Notes under the pieces: model-generated | Told to the model about the DNA's origin: nothing | The model's input: only the letters and a program-made list of their open reading frames with translations | The model's database searches: none | Position numbers and translations under genes: made by a program | Shown here: in pieces, positions 38,646-48,598 of the stretch | How the letters are laid out: each line of letters begins with the position of its first letter | Position numbering within the stretch: position 1 is the stretch's first letter | Assembly: GCA_903860135.1 (NCBI GenBank) | Contig: CAIOPG010000014.1 | Span: 23,180 to 87,179 of the forward strand | Length of the DNA: 64,000 nucleotides | Reading direction: 5' to 3' | Source: Candidatus Omnitrophota bacterium | GTDB lineage: Bacteria; Omnitrophota; Gorgyraeia; Zapsychrales; Fredricksoniimonadaceae

Positions 38646-39506
38646 TTAAAGATCGACCCCGCCATAATGCTCAATGAGGAACTTAATGTCATCCCAGCGC
38701 TTCTGACAACCAAAAACAGCTATGACATATTCTTTGCCTTGTCGCTCGAAATAACCCACAAAGCATGACTGCGCCGCCCGCGTATAACCTGTCTTGCCGC
38801 AAACATCCTTTTTCCACCCCTTGAACAAACACTTGTTGTGCGAACGTAAAAGAGCGACCTTGCCTTTCTGCGAAATAATCTTCTTATACCGATGCTGAAT
38901 GACCTCGCGGAAGAAGGGCTTCTGCATGGCCTCGCGAAAGATCAGCGCCATATCTTGCGCCGTGGAATATTGCGGGTCATCACCGGGAAGGCCGTGCGGA
39001 TTGGCAAAAAGAGTAGCCTTTGCACCGATCTGCGCCGCCCGGGCGTTCATCATCACCACAAACTGCTCCACGGACCCAGCTGTCGCTTCGGCCAGTGCCG
39101 TGGTGGCATCATTGGCAGAGTTTAATAATGACGCGTACAAAAGATCCCGCACACGGTAGCTGTCACCTGCCTCGGCGGAGATCTTGCTGGGCAGTTCCGC
39201 CGCCGCTCGGGGGCTTATCGTCACAACATCATCCAGACCGAGTTTTTCAAGGACCAGGATCGCCGTCAAGACTTTTGTTGTGCTCGCCGGCAGGATCTTG
39301 CGGGCGATATCACCGGCATAAACCATGCGCCCAGCGGTCATCTCCATCACCAGCGCCGCCTTGGCCGAAACCCTGTAAGAGCCGGAGGGTGCTTTTTTCT
39401 GTGCCTGTTTATGTTTATGCGTATGCCGCCGTGCCTCGGCATCGGCACCACCTACAGTAACCACCAGAAAGACAGCCGCGACCACAGAAAAGAATACCCG
39501 GCGCAT
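38646..39506 (-). CDS. D-Ala-D-Ala carboxypeptidase (peptidase S11)
   Basis: PASTTK (SxxK), SAND (SxN), NPHGL, KTGYT. Confidence 0.93.
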   Translation of the reverse strand: MRRVFFSVVAAVFLVVTVGGADAEARRHTHKHKQAQKKAPSGSYRVSAKAALVMEMTAGRMVYAGDIARKILPASTTKVLTAILVLEKLGLDDVVTISPRAAAELPSKISAEAGDSYRVRDLLYASLLNSANDATTALAEATAGSVEQFVVMMNARAAQIGAKATLFANPHGLPGDDPQYSTAQDMALIFREAMQKPFFREVIQHRYKKIISQKGKVALLRSHNKCLFKGWKKDVCGKTGYTRAAQSCFVGYFERQGKEYVIAVFGCQKRWDDIKFLIEHYGGVDL

Positions 39507-40438
39507 TATACGGCACTCGCCCTGACGGCCTGCGCCACAAGATCAATCGCTTTTTGCGCCCCTTCGGTCGGCAACACCACCGTTCCGCCCGCAGGGCACA
39601 CACACCAGCCCTTGGCCGTATGGATCACCACGATCCAGATGTGCTGGGCACGATCGTCCTCGCTCACAACCGCATCAACCACCGCCTTCCTGATCCTGGG
39701 GTCATACAGCCATTCACCGAACTTGATGGTCAAGGGACCCCATACATTCTCCAGCTGGACATTCAGGCAATCCGCCTGATCGATAAAATATGTCTTCATC
39801 GCGTAAACTCCTGGTTGCGGGAACTCCTGATGCGCTGCTTGTGTCAATGCCATTTCAAAAAACTCGCTCTGCCCCGCCGCCGACCATTTGCGCTCAAACT
39901 TGGTATCAAACGTGGGCGGGATGATCCGCGTGTTCAGGTCAAACCCGGAGCCGGGAATATTCTCAGCGATCCACGCCGCATACGGCGCGTGATCTGTGAC
40001 AATATAAAGCTCAGCGCCATCAACCAGGCGATTGTTGACAAGCCGCAGGAAACCCGTTGAGAACAGACGATGGCGGGCATGATGCTTCTTTGGCCAGGGG
40101 CAAGGGAAAAGGCAATGCACACGTGCCAGGGAGCGTGCCGTTAAGAGATACTGCAGTGCCCAGACAACATCCATGCGCATCACCCGCACATTGGTCAGCC
40201 GGGCTTCGTGGATCTTTCTCAATGTTTTGATCACCCGCCGGGCGCACTGCTCAAATCCCAGAAAATTCTTCTCCGGTGCTGCGGCTGCCATGCGCACCAG
40301 GTATTCTCCCGTACCAAAACCAATCTCAACTTCGAGTGGTGCCTGCCGCCCGAAAATGGCGGCCGGGTCAAATGGAAAAAGCCGGGGTTCCAGCGGCAAG
40401 AAAGCCGCCAGTGAACCATACGCATAATTATTTTTCAT
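39506..40438 (-). CDS. trmB: tRNA (guanine-N7)-methyltransferase with C-terminal extension
   Basis: EIGFG.GE, FP.PWPK..H.RHR, TDH..Y, TKFERK. Confidence 0.93.
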   Translation of the reverse strand: MKNNYAYGSLAAFLPLEPRLFPFDPAAIFGRQAPLEVEIGFGTGEYLVRMAAAAPEKNFLGFEQCARRVIKTLRKIHEARLTNVRVMRMDVVWALQYLLTARSLARVHCLFPCPWPKKHHARHRLFSTGFLRLVNNRLVDGAELYIVTDHAPYAAWIAENIPGSGFDLNTRIIPPTFDTKFERKWSAAGQSEFFEMALTQAAHQEFPQPGVYAMKTYFIDQADCLNVQLENVWGPLTIKFGEWLYDPRIRKAVVDAVVSEDDRAQHIWIVVIHTAKGWCVCPAGGTVVLPTEGAQKAIDLVAQAVRASAV

Positions 40439-40835
40439 TGGCCATGATACCCGCCAGCCCGTCGCGCCCCTTGGCCGTCAAGATCCCGTCTTTGTATACC
40501 ACCGGGAACAAAATATCTAAGTCCACCGGCGTGCCCGGCGCGGGCTCACGGACGATGTAGCGATCCACCTGGTACGTCGTTCCCTTGACCGTGATAAGTT
40601 CCGCCGAATAAAGATTCTGCGCCTTGACCGGCTTGAAAACACCTGAAGCCGGATCCGCCTCATAACCAACAACAACCTGCGCGGCCATAACAGCCACCGC
40701 TTCAGCGCGCGTCATGCCGGGCGTAAGCTGCTCTTGCGGCAGGGCAATGACAGGCGTCATCGCCACCGGTACTGATAACGTAGCGCAACCAGCACCAACA
40801 AAGACCAACAACATCAGCATAAGAAATTTTCGCAT
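40428..40835 (-). CDS. Lipoprotein of unknown function
   Basis: Lipobox GAGC, L.PGMT..E; AGGAGG RBS. Confidence 0.75.
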   Translation of the reverse strand: MRKFLMLMLLVFVGAGCATLSVPVAMTPVIALPQEQLTPGMTRAEAVAVMAAQVVVGYEADPASGVFKPVKAQNLYSAELITVKGTTYQVDRYIVREPAPGTPVDLDILFPVVYKDGILTAKGRDGLAGIMANEK

Positions 40836-41044
40836 AAAAACCTCCTGATAGAGCCGAACTTTTTATTAAAGAAATACACCAGCCAATGCCACACTGGCAA
40901 TTTTTATTTATTGCTGGCGCGTATATTAACACCTGTCCCCAAGGATGTCCAGCACCCCGCCCTCATTCTGAACCCAGATTTCACAGGTTTGCATGGACGC
41001 GCCGGCCAGCGTTTGCTAGGATGCCTCCAACCTAAGGAGACACC

Positions 41045-41866
41045 ATGTTTGAACAGATCATTCTCGGCACCATCCAGGGCATCACGGAATGGATCCCTGT
41101 CAGTTCCAAGGCCTGCGTCATTGCGGCCAAAGTCTATCTCTTCCATAGCCAAAGCACTTACAATGACCTTATCAGCTACGCGCTTTTCCTGCATCTGGGG
41201 ACGCTCGGCGCGGCCATCATCTATTTTCGCAAAGACATCAGCCTTATTTTTGAATCTGTCATCCGGCCATCTGATAAAAATCAAGATAGCACCAAGATCC
41301 TGATGTTCCTGCTCATCACAACGGCCCTCACAGGGCTGGGCCTGATCCTGACCAGAAAAGTTGACGCGCTGACCCACGCCGCCCCCAACGCCAAGCTCGC
41401 CATCACCCTCGTCATCGGACTTGCCCTGATCATCGCCGGCATCCTTCAGCTAAAAACATCCTCCTCCGGCCGACGCACCCCGCGAGATCTGAACATTCTT
41501 GACGGCATCCTGCTGGGGTTAACCCAGGCCATCGCCACCCTGCCCGGCCTTTCCCGCGCCGGCACCACCATGGCCATGCTTTCCCTGCGCGGCTTTGAAA
41601 AAGAGAATATGCTCAAACTCAGCTTCCTCATGAGCATGCCCGTGATCTTCATCGGCAATATCGTGATGAATTATAAATCATTCCTCCATACCGGCGTGGA
41701 ATGGGTCGGCGCCCTCACCGCGTTTGCCGTCGGCATGCTCAGCATCAGTGCCCTGATGACCATCGCCCGGCGCGTCAACTTTGGCAAATTCCTGGTCTTC
41801 ATCGGGATCATCCTGATCGTCTCCGTAGCCGTCACCTTCTACAGCCCGATGAAATTCATCGATTGA
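41045..41866 (+). CDS. uppP: Undecaprenyl-diphosphatase
   Basis: QGITEWIPVSS, LHLGT, PGLSR.G.T, SFLMS.P. Confidence 0.93.
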   Translation: MFEQIILGTIQGITEWIPVSSKACVIAAKVYLFHSQSTYNDLISYALFLHLGTLGAAIIYFRKDISLIFESVIRPSDKNQDSTKILMFLLITTALTGLGLILTRKVDALTHAAPNAKLAITLVIGLALIIAGILQLKTSSSGRRTPRDLNILDGILLGLTQAIATLPGLSRAGTTMAMLSLRGFEKENMLKLSFLMSMPVIFIGNIVMNYKSFLHTGVEWVGALTAFAVGMLSISALMTIARRVNFGKFLVFIGIILIVSVAVTFYSPMKFID

Positions 41867-41887
41867 AATAATTTCCGAACTTCAAAT

Positions 41888-41919
41888 AAAAAGCCCCTCC
41901 AGGACACGAGGGGCTTTTT
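41888..41919. terminator. Intrinsic terminator after uppP
   Basis: AAAAA-GCCCCTC...GAGGGGC-TTTTT. Confidence 0.8.
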
Positions 41920-41923
41920 GTTG

Positions 41924-41977
41924 TTAATGAATTCTTAATATTTCATTAATACCTGCTTCATGACTTGCGCCTAGAAT
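41924..41977 (+). promoter_or_regulatory. Four 11-bp-period TT(A/C)AT(G/A) boxes plus a -10 element (OmpR/PhoB-type site)
   Basis: TTAATG 41924, TTAATA 41935, TTAATA 41946, TTCATG 41957; TAGAAT 41972. Confidence 0.7.
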
Positions 41978-42049
41978 TAATGCGTAATAAATCGAACAGC
42001 CAACGCGGGTTATCTGAACCGCAACAACAATAGGAAAGGAGGTAAATGT

Positions 42050-42370
42050 ATGCGTAAAATAATTTTGACATCCCTAGCCCTCATCGCCGGTTTATCCATA
42101 GCAACGGCAAGTTTTGCGGCAACACCCAAGAAAACCGTAGCTGCCCCTAAGCATGAAGCCGTCAATACAGTCAAAGGCAAGATCACGGCCGTTAACACTG
42201 CTGCCAATCAGGTCACCATCGAACAGGATGGATCAAAGGTCGCTGTCACGATCACAACCAGCGATGCTGCTTTTTTAAAAGAAGGCCAGCATGTGAAAAT
42301 CACGCTTAAAGCCGGCACCACCGATCAGGCCGAAAGCGTTAAGGTCATTACCCACAAAAAGAAGAAATAA
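42050..42370 (+). CDS. Small exported basic beta-rich (OB-fold-like) protein
   Basis: Signal peptide ending SFA; VKGKITAV...LKEGQHVKI; AGGAGG RBS. Confidence 0.8.
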   Translation: MRKIILTSLALIAGLSIATASFAATPKKTVAAPKHEAVNTVKGKITAVNTAANQVTIEQDGSKVAVTITTSDAAFLKEGQHVKITLKAGTTDQAESVKVITHKKKK

Positions 42371-42388
42371 CAACGAAAGGACATCATC

Positions 42389-42745
42389 ATGAAACGTTAT
42401 ATCTTATCGGCAGCCATTGTTCTTGTCAGCGGAGGTTTTGCCTTTGCCCAGAACGCTGCCCCTGTTAAAACAACTGCCCCGGCTACTGCCCTAAAGTCTG
42501 TGGCTGGAAAGATCAAGGCTGTCACCGAAGCGGATGCGGCCAAAGGTACAAAATCTGAAATCATCATCATCGGTGTTGATGGCGTTGAAAAAGCCTTCCT
42601 TGTCAAAGCCAGAACCACCATCTATGACATTGCCGGCAAAGCCCTAACACTGAAGGATCTTAAGGCGGATGAACAAGTTTCTGTTAAATTCAAAACATCA
42701 GCTGAAGGGGTGCTCGAAGCCCTTGCGGTTTATCAAACAAAATAA
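42389..42745 (+). CDS. Small exported basic beta-rich (OB-fold-like) protein, paralog of 42050-42370
   Basis: Signal peptide ending AFA; VAGKIKAV...DLKADEQVSV. Confidence 0.8.
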   Translation: MKRYILSAAIVLVSGGFAFAQNAAPVKTTAPATALKSVAGKIKAVTEADAAKGTKSEIIIIGVDGVEKAFLVKARTTIYDIAGKALTLKDLKADEQVSVKFKTSAEGVLEALAVYQTK

Positions 42746-42771
42746 GATCATCTTTAATGTTAAGGGTACAA

Positions 42772-42801
42772 ACGGGAGCCAGCTATTGGCTCCCGTCTTT
42801 T
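42772..42801. terminator. Terminator between convergent genes
   Basis: ACGGGAGCCA-gctat-TGGCTCCCGT-CTTTT. Confidence 0.75.
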
Positions 42802-44278
42802 ATCCATGCAAAGGAAGCTGTATCGACAACACCGTCCCGCCTTGGGACGGACACGCGATCGAAATGCGCCCATGATGCGCAACCACGATCGATTTGACCA
42901 AGCTTAACCCCAAACCAAACCCTTTTTCCTTAATGCCCGGACCATCGGCCCTGTAAAAACGCTCAAATACATGCGGAATATCTTTATCAGCAATACCGAT
43001 ACCGGTATCCTTGATCTCTAGGCATGCCATAGCCCCATGGCTTCCGATAGAAAGGCTTACCGCTCCTCCGACCGGTGTATATTTCACCGCATTATCCAGA
43101 AGGTTCAGTAAAAGATTCTTGATCTGAGCCTCATCAGCCTCAATTTCCACAGGCATTGCCGCACGGCAATCCATGACAATATGCTTTTCATCAGCCAACA
43201 CGCGAATATCCTCCATCACACGCTGGGCGGTTTCATGAAGATCGAACCTCCCAATTTGCAAGGCCACCTCATGGTTATCAAACCGCGCCAGGACCAGCAG
43301 TGTCTCAACGATCCGGGTCATGCGCGCGATCTGCTCAAGGCTGTCCTGCAGGATCTTTTCATACCGTTGCTGATCCCTCGCTTTCTTGAGCGCGACTTCC
43401 ATGCTGCCCCGCATGATCGTCAGCGGCGTCTTGATCTCGTGCGAAATATCTTGAATGAACCGCTGGCGAGCAAGAAAATCATCGTTGACCCGATCAAGCA
43501 TCGCATTAAAAGTTGTAGCAAGGCGTTCGATCTCATCGCCGGTCGCAGGCACATCGATATGCGTTCGCAAATTCTTCGACGTGATCCTGTTGATCGCTAC
43601 GATCATCCGGGAAATCGGATCGAATGACACCCCGGCCAAGAAAACGCCGACGATCCCGATCACGAGGATAACAAGCGGCAAAACACAAAAAAGAATGACC
43701 TTCAGCTGAACAAGATGGGCCATGACATCAGACAAAGGCGTGATCAAACGTATGGTGTAGGCAATCTGCCCACTTTCGTGTACCGGAATAATGAATGACC
43801 GCATATTGACTTGCTGACCTGGGCGCGTAGCAATATGGACATCCTCAAATCGCCCGTCAATCGGCACGCGCAAGCCCGGCGATAACGGTACGATCCCGGG
43901 CCATTTAGCGGCATCAGCGGAAGACACCAGCAAGGTTCCTTGACCGTCAAAGATCTGGACAATAATATTCAACAGCTCAGGCTTATCAGACTCTACCTCG
44001 ACCCAGTGCCGGGCAATCCTGGTAAAATTGATATTGTTGATCTTACTGAAAGCGCCGGGATGCACCCCCTTGTCGAGTGCTTCCTGTTTTTCTATTTCCC
44101 AATAAGTTTCAACGGACGCTCTTATGCCGGTAGCACGCGACATCAGGAGATCATCCAGGTTTCGATAGAGGTTCCACTTTAAGGATTTATACGCGAGGGT
44201 GCCGCAAACAACAAGCGCCAGCGTCAAAAGGATGGCGTTCCAAAATACAATCTTAAAACGTATCGAACGAAAGATCAT
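42800..44278 (-). CDS. Sensor histidine kinase (CusS-like: 2 TM, HAMP, HisKA, HATPase)
   Basis: DEI.RLA.TFN.MLDR, SHEIKTPL, NLLDNAVKY, D.G.GI, GFGLGL. Confidence 0.95.
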   Translation of the reverse strand: MIFRSIRFKIVFWNAILLTLALVVCGTLAYKSLKWNLYRNLDDLLMSRATGIRASVETYWEIEKQEALDKGVHPGAFSKINNINFTRIARHWVEVESDKPELLNIIVQIFDGQGTLLVSSADAAKWPGIVPLSPGLRVPIDGRFEDVHIATRPGQQVNMRSFIIPVHESGQIAYTIRLITPLSDVMAHLVQLKVILFCVLPLVILVIGIVGVFLAGVSFDPISRMIVAINRITSKNLRTHIDVPATGDEIERLATTFNAMLDRVNDDFLARQRFIQDISHEIKTPLTIMRGSMEVALKKARDQQRYEKILQDSLEQIARMTRIVETLLVLARFDNHEVALQIGRFDLHETAQRVMEDIRVLADEKHIVMDCRAAMPVEIEADEAQIKNLLLNLLDNAVKYTPVGGAVSLSIGSHGAMACLEIKDTGIGIADKDIPHVFERFYRADGPGIKEKGFGLGLSLVKSIVVAHHGRISIACPSQGGTVLSIQLPLHG

Positions 44279-44279
44279 A

Positions 44280-44948
44280 TCAAGCCCTGATCATATAGCC
44301 CCGACCATGGAGCGTTGAGATAAGTTTACGGGAATGATCCCTGTCAATCTTCCGGCGAAGATGATTGATAAACACATCGATGACATTGGTGTCCGTCTTG
44401 TAATTGATATCCCATACATGCTCGATGATCATCGATCGGGAAAGAACACGCCCGGGATTACGCATCAGGTATTCAAGCAAGGCAATTTCCCGCGTGGTCA
44501 ATAGAATCTCCGTGTCCGCTCGCCTGACAGCATGCGTTTGCAGATCCAGGGAAAGATCTCCGACCGTCAGCGTATTGGTCACAAGATTATCTTTCTTGCG
44601 GAGCTGGGCACGGATACGGGCCAAGAGTTCCTCGAACGCAAATGGCTTGGTCAAATAATCGTCCGCGCCCGCATCCAATCCGGCCACCTTGTTCTTGACC
44701 CCCATTTTCGCCGTCAGCATGATAACCGGAACCCGCAGCCCCTCATCGCGCCATCGCCGGCAAAGGGTGACGCCATCGATCTTGGGGATCATCAGGTCAA
44801 GGATAACAAGATCATACTCATTGGTCGTTGCCAGAAAATACCCCTCTTCCCCGTCAGCCGCCTGATCAACGGCAAACCCCTCCTCCTGAAGCCCGTCGCG
44901 CAGGAATTCCGATATTTTTTCTTCGTCTTCAATGATAAGGATCCGCAT
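44280..44948 (-). CDS. OmpR-family response regulator (CusR-like)
   Basis: MRILIIED, LDLMIP..DG, GADDYL.KPF, NVIDV.I..LR.KID. Confidence 0.97.
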   Translation of the reverse strand: MRILIIEDEEKISEFLRDGLQEEGFAVDQAADGEEGYFLATTNEYDLVILDLMIPKIDGVTLCRRWRDEGLRVPVIMLTAKMGVKNKVAGLDAGADDYLTKPFAFEELLARIRAQLRKKDNLVTNTLTVGDLSLDLQTHAVRRADTEILLTTREIALLEYLMRNPGRVLSRSMIIEHVWDINYKTDTNVIDVFINHLRRKIDRDHSRKLISTLHGRGYMIRA

Positions 44949-44983
44949 AATGTTTTTCTTTCTGTCCCAATCTCTTCAATATA

Positions 44984-45140
44984 TCACACCGTCATCTTTT
45001 CTTTGCGCCTATCCACATCCTCACCCAACTCAGCCTCTATCTCTTCGATCGTCGGCAGGCTTGATTGCAATTCTTTGGGCAAGCTTCTGGTTATTTGTGT
45101 TTCCCATTGCGCCACACCCATGGGTTTTGACAGCGTCAGC
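44984..45140 (-). pseudogene. Orphan C-terminal fragment of a YhcG/DUF1016 protein
   Basis: KPMGVAQW...SLPKELQSSLPTIEEIEAEL resembles the typical DUF1016 C-terminus; the rest of the gene is absent. Confidence 0.7.
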
Positions 45141-45146
45141 ACAATT

Positions 45147-45668
45147 TTATCCTGTCTTTTTAAGCGATTCTTGATATATTTTCTCCAACTCCGGGTCAGG
45201 CCCTGTGTATTCATAAATCTTTCTTACGCGTTTTGTGGGCCCAGCGTTGCAATCTCCCTCTTGATGAACATACATATCAACGATCACATTGCCGTCTTTT
45301 TCTGTAACCGAATTGACTTCTGCCCAAACATCCAGCCCCAACGATGCTTTATGAATCAATTTTTTACCGTCATTAATTAGAAATGCCAGTTCATACAAGT
45401 CAGCGTTGCCACCCGTGTTCTCACTGATAATAACGGCGGCATCTTTGAGTCCATCATGGTTGAAATCGCCATAAACATACTTGTTTTCATAGCAAACGCC
45501 AAGATTCTCATCTTGAAAAACGCCATTCACCAAGGTAGCCACCTGAGTATCAGACTCATCCGCAAAAAAATACGTCCTATTCCCGAATCGCTTAAACGCC
45601 TCATCTGAAGCGCATCCGGTAAGGACAAAACAACCGATCACTAATATGAGCCCAAGGATTATTCGCAT
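45147..45668 (-). CDS. Lipoprotein with DxDxDG-like motif, candidate immunity protein
   Basis: MRIILGLILVIGCFVLTGC lipobox; GDFNHDGLKD; overlaps the upstream gene. Confidence 0.75.
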   Translation of the reverse strand: MRIILGLILVIGCFVLTGCASDEAFKRFGNRTYFFADESDTQVATLVNGVFQDENLGVCYENKYVYGDFNHDGLKDAAVIISENTGGNADLYELAFLINDGKKLIHKASLGLDVWAEVNSVTEKDGNVIVDMYVHQEGDCNAGPTKRVRKIYEYTGPDPELEKIYQESLKKTG

Positions 45669-46330
45669 ATAAAAATATGATGATGGTCTTTTGTGATCCA
45701 GTGTCCCTTGGTGCATTGGATCTTGGGTTTGAAAACTTTTCTATCTTTAGCGCTGGCATCAGCCGGAGATTTCTTTACAAACTCATCCTGATACCGCAGG
45801 GTCTTTGTGACGTAGTTTTTAATCTCGATAATTCTTTCTGCTTTAACCCCGGCTGCTTTCAAAAAGGTTTTAACATCATCCCAAAAAGCCGAATTCTTTC
45901 CGGCCTTTTGCGTGAGTTGTTGAGCTTTGGCAATAGGTGTGGGGCCAGCGTTATATGCGGCAAGATCAAATTTCTCACGTTCAACAAGATCAGCCACCGG
46001 GACTGTGCGTACTTTTGCTGTCAGGATCGTTTCTTTGGAGAATCCATAATCAATATCAAAACGCTGGTCGTTTGCTTTAGACACAGTTAAACCGTATCGT
46101 TCCGCCGTTACTTTGTCAAAATGGAATTCTCCGGCAGCCTTGATAGTACCTCGGGTTCTTAATGAATCACCAAAGTTGCTTTCTTTCGCGTAAACAGCTT
46201 CCAATGTATGAACATCCAAAGCATCATTATGGTCAAAATAGGTGGAAGCATTCTCAAGAGCCTGACGAATATGCTCGTTTTTATTTTCCCGGTCAATCCA
46301 AATGTCAACATCGCTTGGTTTCTTGGGCAT
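45659..46330 (-). CDS. Lytic transglycosylase (SLT)-like protein without signal peptide
   Basis: AVYAKESNFG (catalytic Glu), AAGEFHF...TA..YG, LAAYNAG, YV.K. Confidence 0.7.
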   Translation of the reverse strand: MPKKPSDVDIWIDRENKNEHIRQALENASTYFDHNDALDVHTLEAVYAKESNFGDSLRTRGTIKAAGEFHFDKVTAERYGLTVSKANDQRFDIDYGFSKETILTAKVRTVPVADLVEREKFDLAAYNAGPTPIAKAQQLTQKAGKNSAFWDDVKTFLKAAGVKAERIIEIKNYVTKTLRYQDEFVKKSPADASAKDRKVFKPKIQCTKGHWITKDHHHIFICE

Positions 46331-46345
46331 AGAGGAAATCCTTTC

Positions 46346-47077
46346 TTATTTAAGAAGTCTTAGATAATCCATCTGCGTTTCCAGAACAGCCCGGGCGATC
46401 AATGTAATGAAGTCTTTGTCGTCAGTGTGCGCCTTTTCCAGCGAAGCGATGTAATCCCGGCGAATAACTGGTGGAATAATGACGATGTTGTAACCTTCCT
46501 GAACTAACAGCAAATTCGTGAGGAAGCGGGCCACGCGGCCATTGCCATCCACAAACGGATGAATGAATACAAACTCCTTATGCGCCAGCGCGGCCACCTC
46601 CACCGGATGCTTGTCCTTGCGCCATTTCTTGATCTTGGGCATAAGACCCTTCATGAGCGCTGGGATCTGGTCTGGCGTTGGGAGCGGATACTTTGAGCCG
46701 GTGATCAGGGCCCGGACCTTCCGATAAACGCCAGCATTCTTCTCATCGATCCGCTTGTAGAACAACTTGTGAAGGTTCTTGATATCGCCCTCTCCAACGC
46801 TCTTGGCCTTGGCGAGAGTGTACAGGAAATCATAAGCCTCAGCATGGCCGAGGGCTTCGTAATGGTCCTTGAGCGGCTTGCCACCGATCGTGATACCGTC
46901 CTCAAGGATGACCTTGGTTTCGGTCTCGGTGAGGGAATTACCCTCAAGCGCATTACTGCTATAAGTAAGGCCAACCTTGTAATACGCCCGGATCTGCGTC
47001 ACCAGCTCCTTGGGCAAAGGACGCATGGCGTTGATTCGTTTTTGATGCTGGTCTATGTCGTTAAAAATGTTATTCAT
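46346..47077 (-). CDS. Fic family protein with N-terminal autoinhibitory motif
   Basis: HPFVDGNGRVAR; YSSNALEGN. Confidence 0.95.
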   Translation of the reverse strand: MNNIFNDIDQHQKRINAMRPLPKELVTQIRAYYKVGLTYSSNALEGNSLTETETKVILEDGITIGGKPLKDHYEALGHAEAYDFLYTLAKAKSVGEGDIKNLHKLFYKRIDEKNAGVYRKVRALITGSKYPLPTPDQIPALMKGLMPKIKKWRKDKHPVEVAALAHKEFVFIHPFVDGNGRVARFLTNLLLVQEGYNIVIIPPVIRRDYIASLEKAHTDDKDFITLIARAVLETQMDYLRLLK

Positions 47078-47111
47078 ATCTCTTCTCCTAAATGTCTTTA
47101 ATGCCCCCAGC

Positions 47112-47651
47112 TTAAAACCGCTTTAAGCAATTACGACACATGGTTTGCCGCTTATCCTTAATTGGCTCGCCACAATGGGGGCAGAGTCCTGTTGAATCAG
47201 AAGACTTTTCACTTGCGTTTGATTCTACATTTACGCCAAAACGCGCTGAACAGTGTTTGCAGACCGCCGCCGATTGTGGGACAACGGATTGACACTGTGA
47301 GCATTTAAATGATGGCTTAGACCAAATATCGTTACTGCTAACAAACGCAATTATAATAGCAGCAATGCCGAAGGTGAAAGCTCCCAAAATAATAGCTAAT
47401 AAAAGGAATATAAACCCTTTGCCTACCTCTCCTTTTATCATATGCCCTGCGCCAGGAATAAAGAAAGAAATCAAAACGAGACCACATCCTGCGCGCTCTT
47501 CAATTTTATTAGCGCTTCTTTTTTCCGTTTCTGTCGAAGCTACTTGTTTCACCTCAAGGGGCTCTTTTGGTTTATTTAACATCTCTCCACAGTATCTACA
47601 CTTTATCGCCTCATCTTGAATTTCTTCAGCACACATTGGACACTTTTTCAT
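47112..47651 (-). CDS. Multi-zinc-ribbon membrane protein
   Basis: [25 protein letters not shown] segment, two further CxxC pairs; GGAGG RBS. Confidence 0.8.
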   Translation of the reverse strand: MKKCPMCAEEIQDEAIKCRYCGEMLNKPKEPLEVKQVASTETEKRSANKIEERAGCGLVLISFFIPGAGHMIKGEVGKGFIFLLLAIILGAFTFGIAAIIIAFVSSNDIWSKPSFKCSQCQSVVPQSAAVCKHCSARFGVNVESNASEKSSDSTGLCPHCGEPIKDKRQTMCRNCLKRF

Positions 47652-47695
47652 AATCCCTCCATTACGTTGGTTCTTAGGGTTTCGTTTTTCAATTT

Positions 47696-48421
47696 TTAAA
47701 ATAAGAAACTGAGACAATTCTCAATCTTTGAATCAACTGCATTTTTAAAGTTCTTCGTTTTGCCGAGCATACAGATGTTTTCAATTGAGCCTATGTTTAA
47801 TATGAATGGTTCGTCATTTTCTTGAGCGGTTTGAATAGCTAGCCGCCATTCCCTCTGGTGAGCATATTGAAGGGTTTTTCTGAATGGGCCAACTTCTCCG
47901 TCGTAAGAGTCCTCGTCAAAATAACGCACTCTGCGGGCGTCAGACGTTTCAATTTTACTATCGAGATGCAAATTCTTTAAAGAACAGCTTAATTTCCTAA
48001 AGAAACCTTTGATGTCCATGATGACGATAAAAGCGTCTCCAAAGTCCTTAATTCTATGATCAAATATCTCATCCGTTTTTACCTCGTCGTTATTCCAAAG
48101 AGCAGAAGCGCAGAAAATCTTTGTCTTCTTGTCAAAAAAAGCTACGGTTGCGTTTAATGTTCCGCCTTCCCGAGACAATATACGATCAGCAATCAAGATT
48201 CTTGTTTTACTTGGATTAATGCAAAAGTGAACACCCTCATTCGTGTCCGTTCTTTCGTCATGCTTTTCACAAGCTTTAAAGTATTGCCATGAATTCATGT
48301 ACAATTTGCCCTGTTGTAGCATTCTCAAGTGTTCTTCTGCCCCAAACTTTATAAGAAATCGGGGAGGTATTCGTTCTGTAATAAACTCGTTACTAATAGA
48401 ATCTTTGATTTCAGAAATCAT
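47696..48421 (-). CDS. Hypothetical protein (AT-rich)
   Basis: 241-aa ORF; G.LYMN..YF, D.NEG, F.K...Y..Q.EWR. Confidence 0.75.
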   Translation of the reverse strand: MISEIKDSISNEFITERIPPRFLIKFGAEEHLRMLQQGKLYMNSWQYFKACEKHDERTDTNEGVHFCINPSKTRILIADRILSREGGTLNATVAFFDKKTKIFCASALWNNDEVKTDEIFDHRIKDFGDAFIVIMDIKGFFRKLSCSLKNLHLDSKIETSDARRVRYFDEDSYDGEVGPFRKTLQYAHQREWRLAIQTAQENDEPFILNIGSIENICMLGKTKNFKNAVDSKIENCLSFLF

Positions 48422-48598
48422 TTATTCCCTTGTAGAATCTACCGTCTTTGTCTTTGCTGGCATTGACTGTGTCGATGGTTCGCAAGCAATATCATGGACC
48501 GGGGTGTCCCCGATCGGTAGAGGTCCTGCTTTCGAGCGGGACTTTCTACTTTATCCGACATTTATCAGACATTTTGCCGGGCTATCCGACAACGTCCT

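Noticed and set aside
40925-41040. Possible riboswitch or 6S-like RNA upstream of uppP
   Set aside because: Some pairing (ACCTGT/ACAGGT, GTCCA/TGGAC) but no recognisable family consensus or terminator; an Rfam scan would be needed
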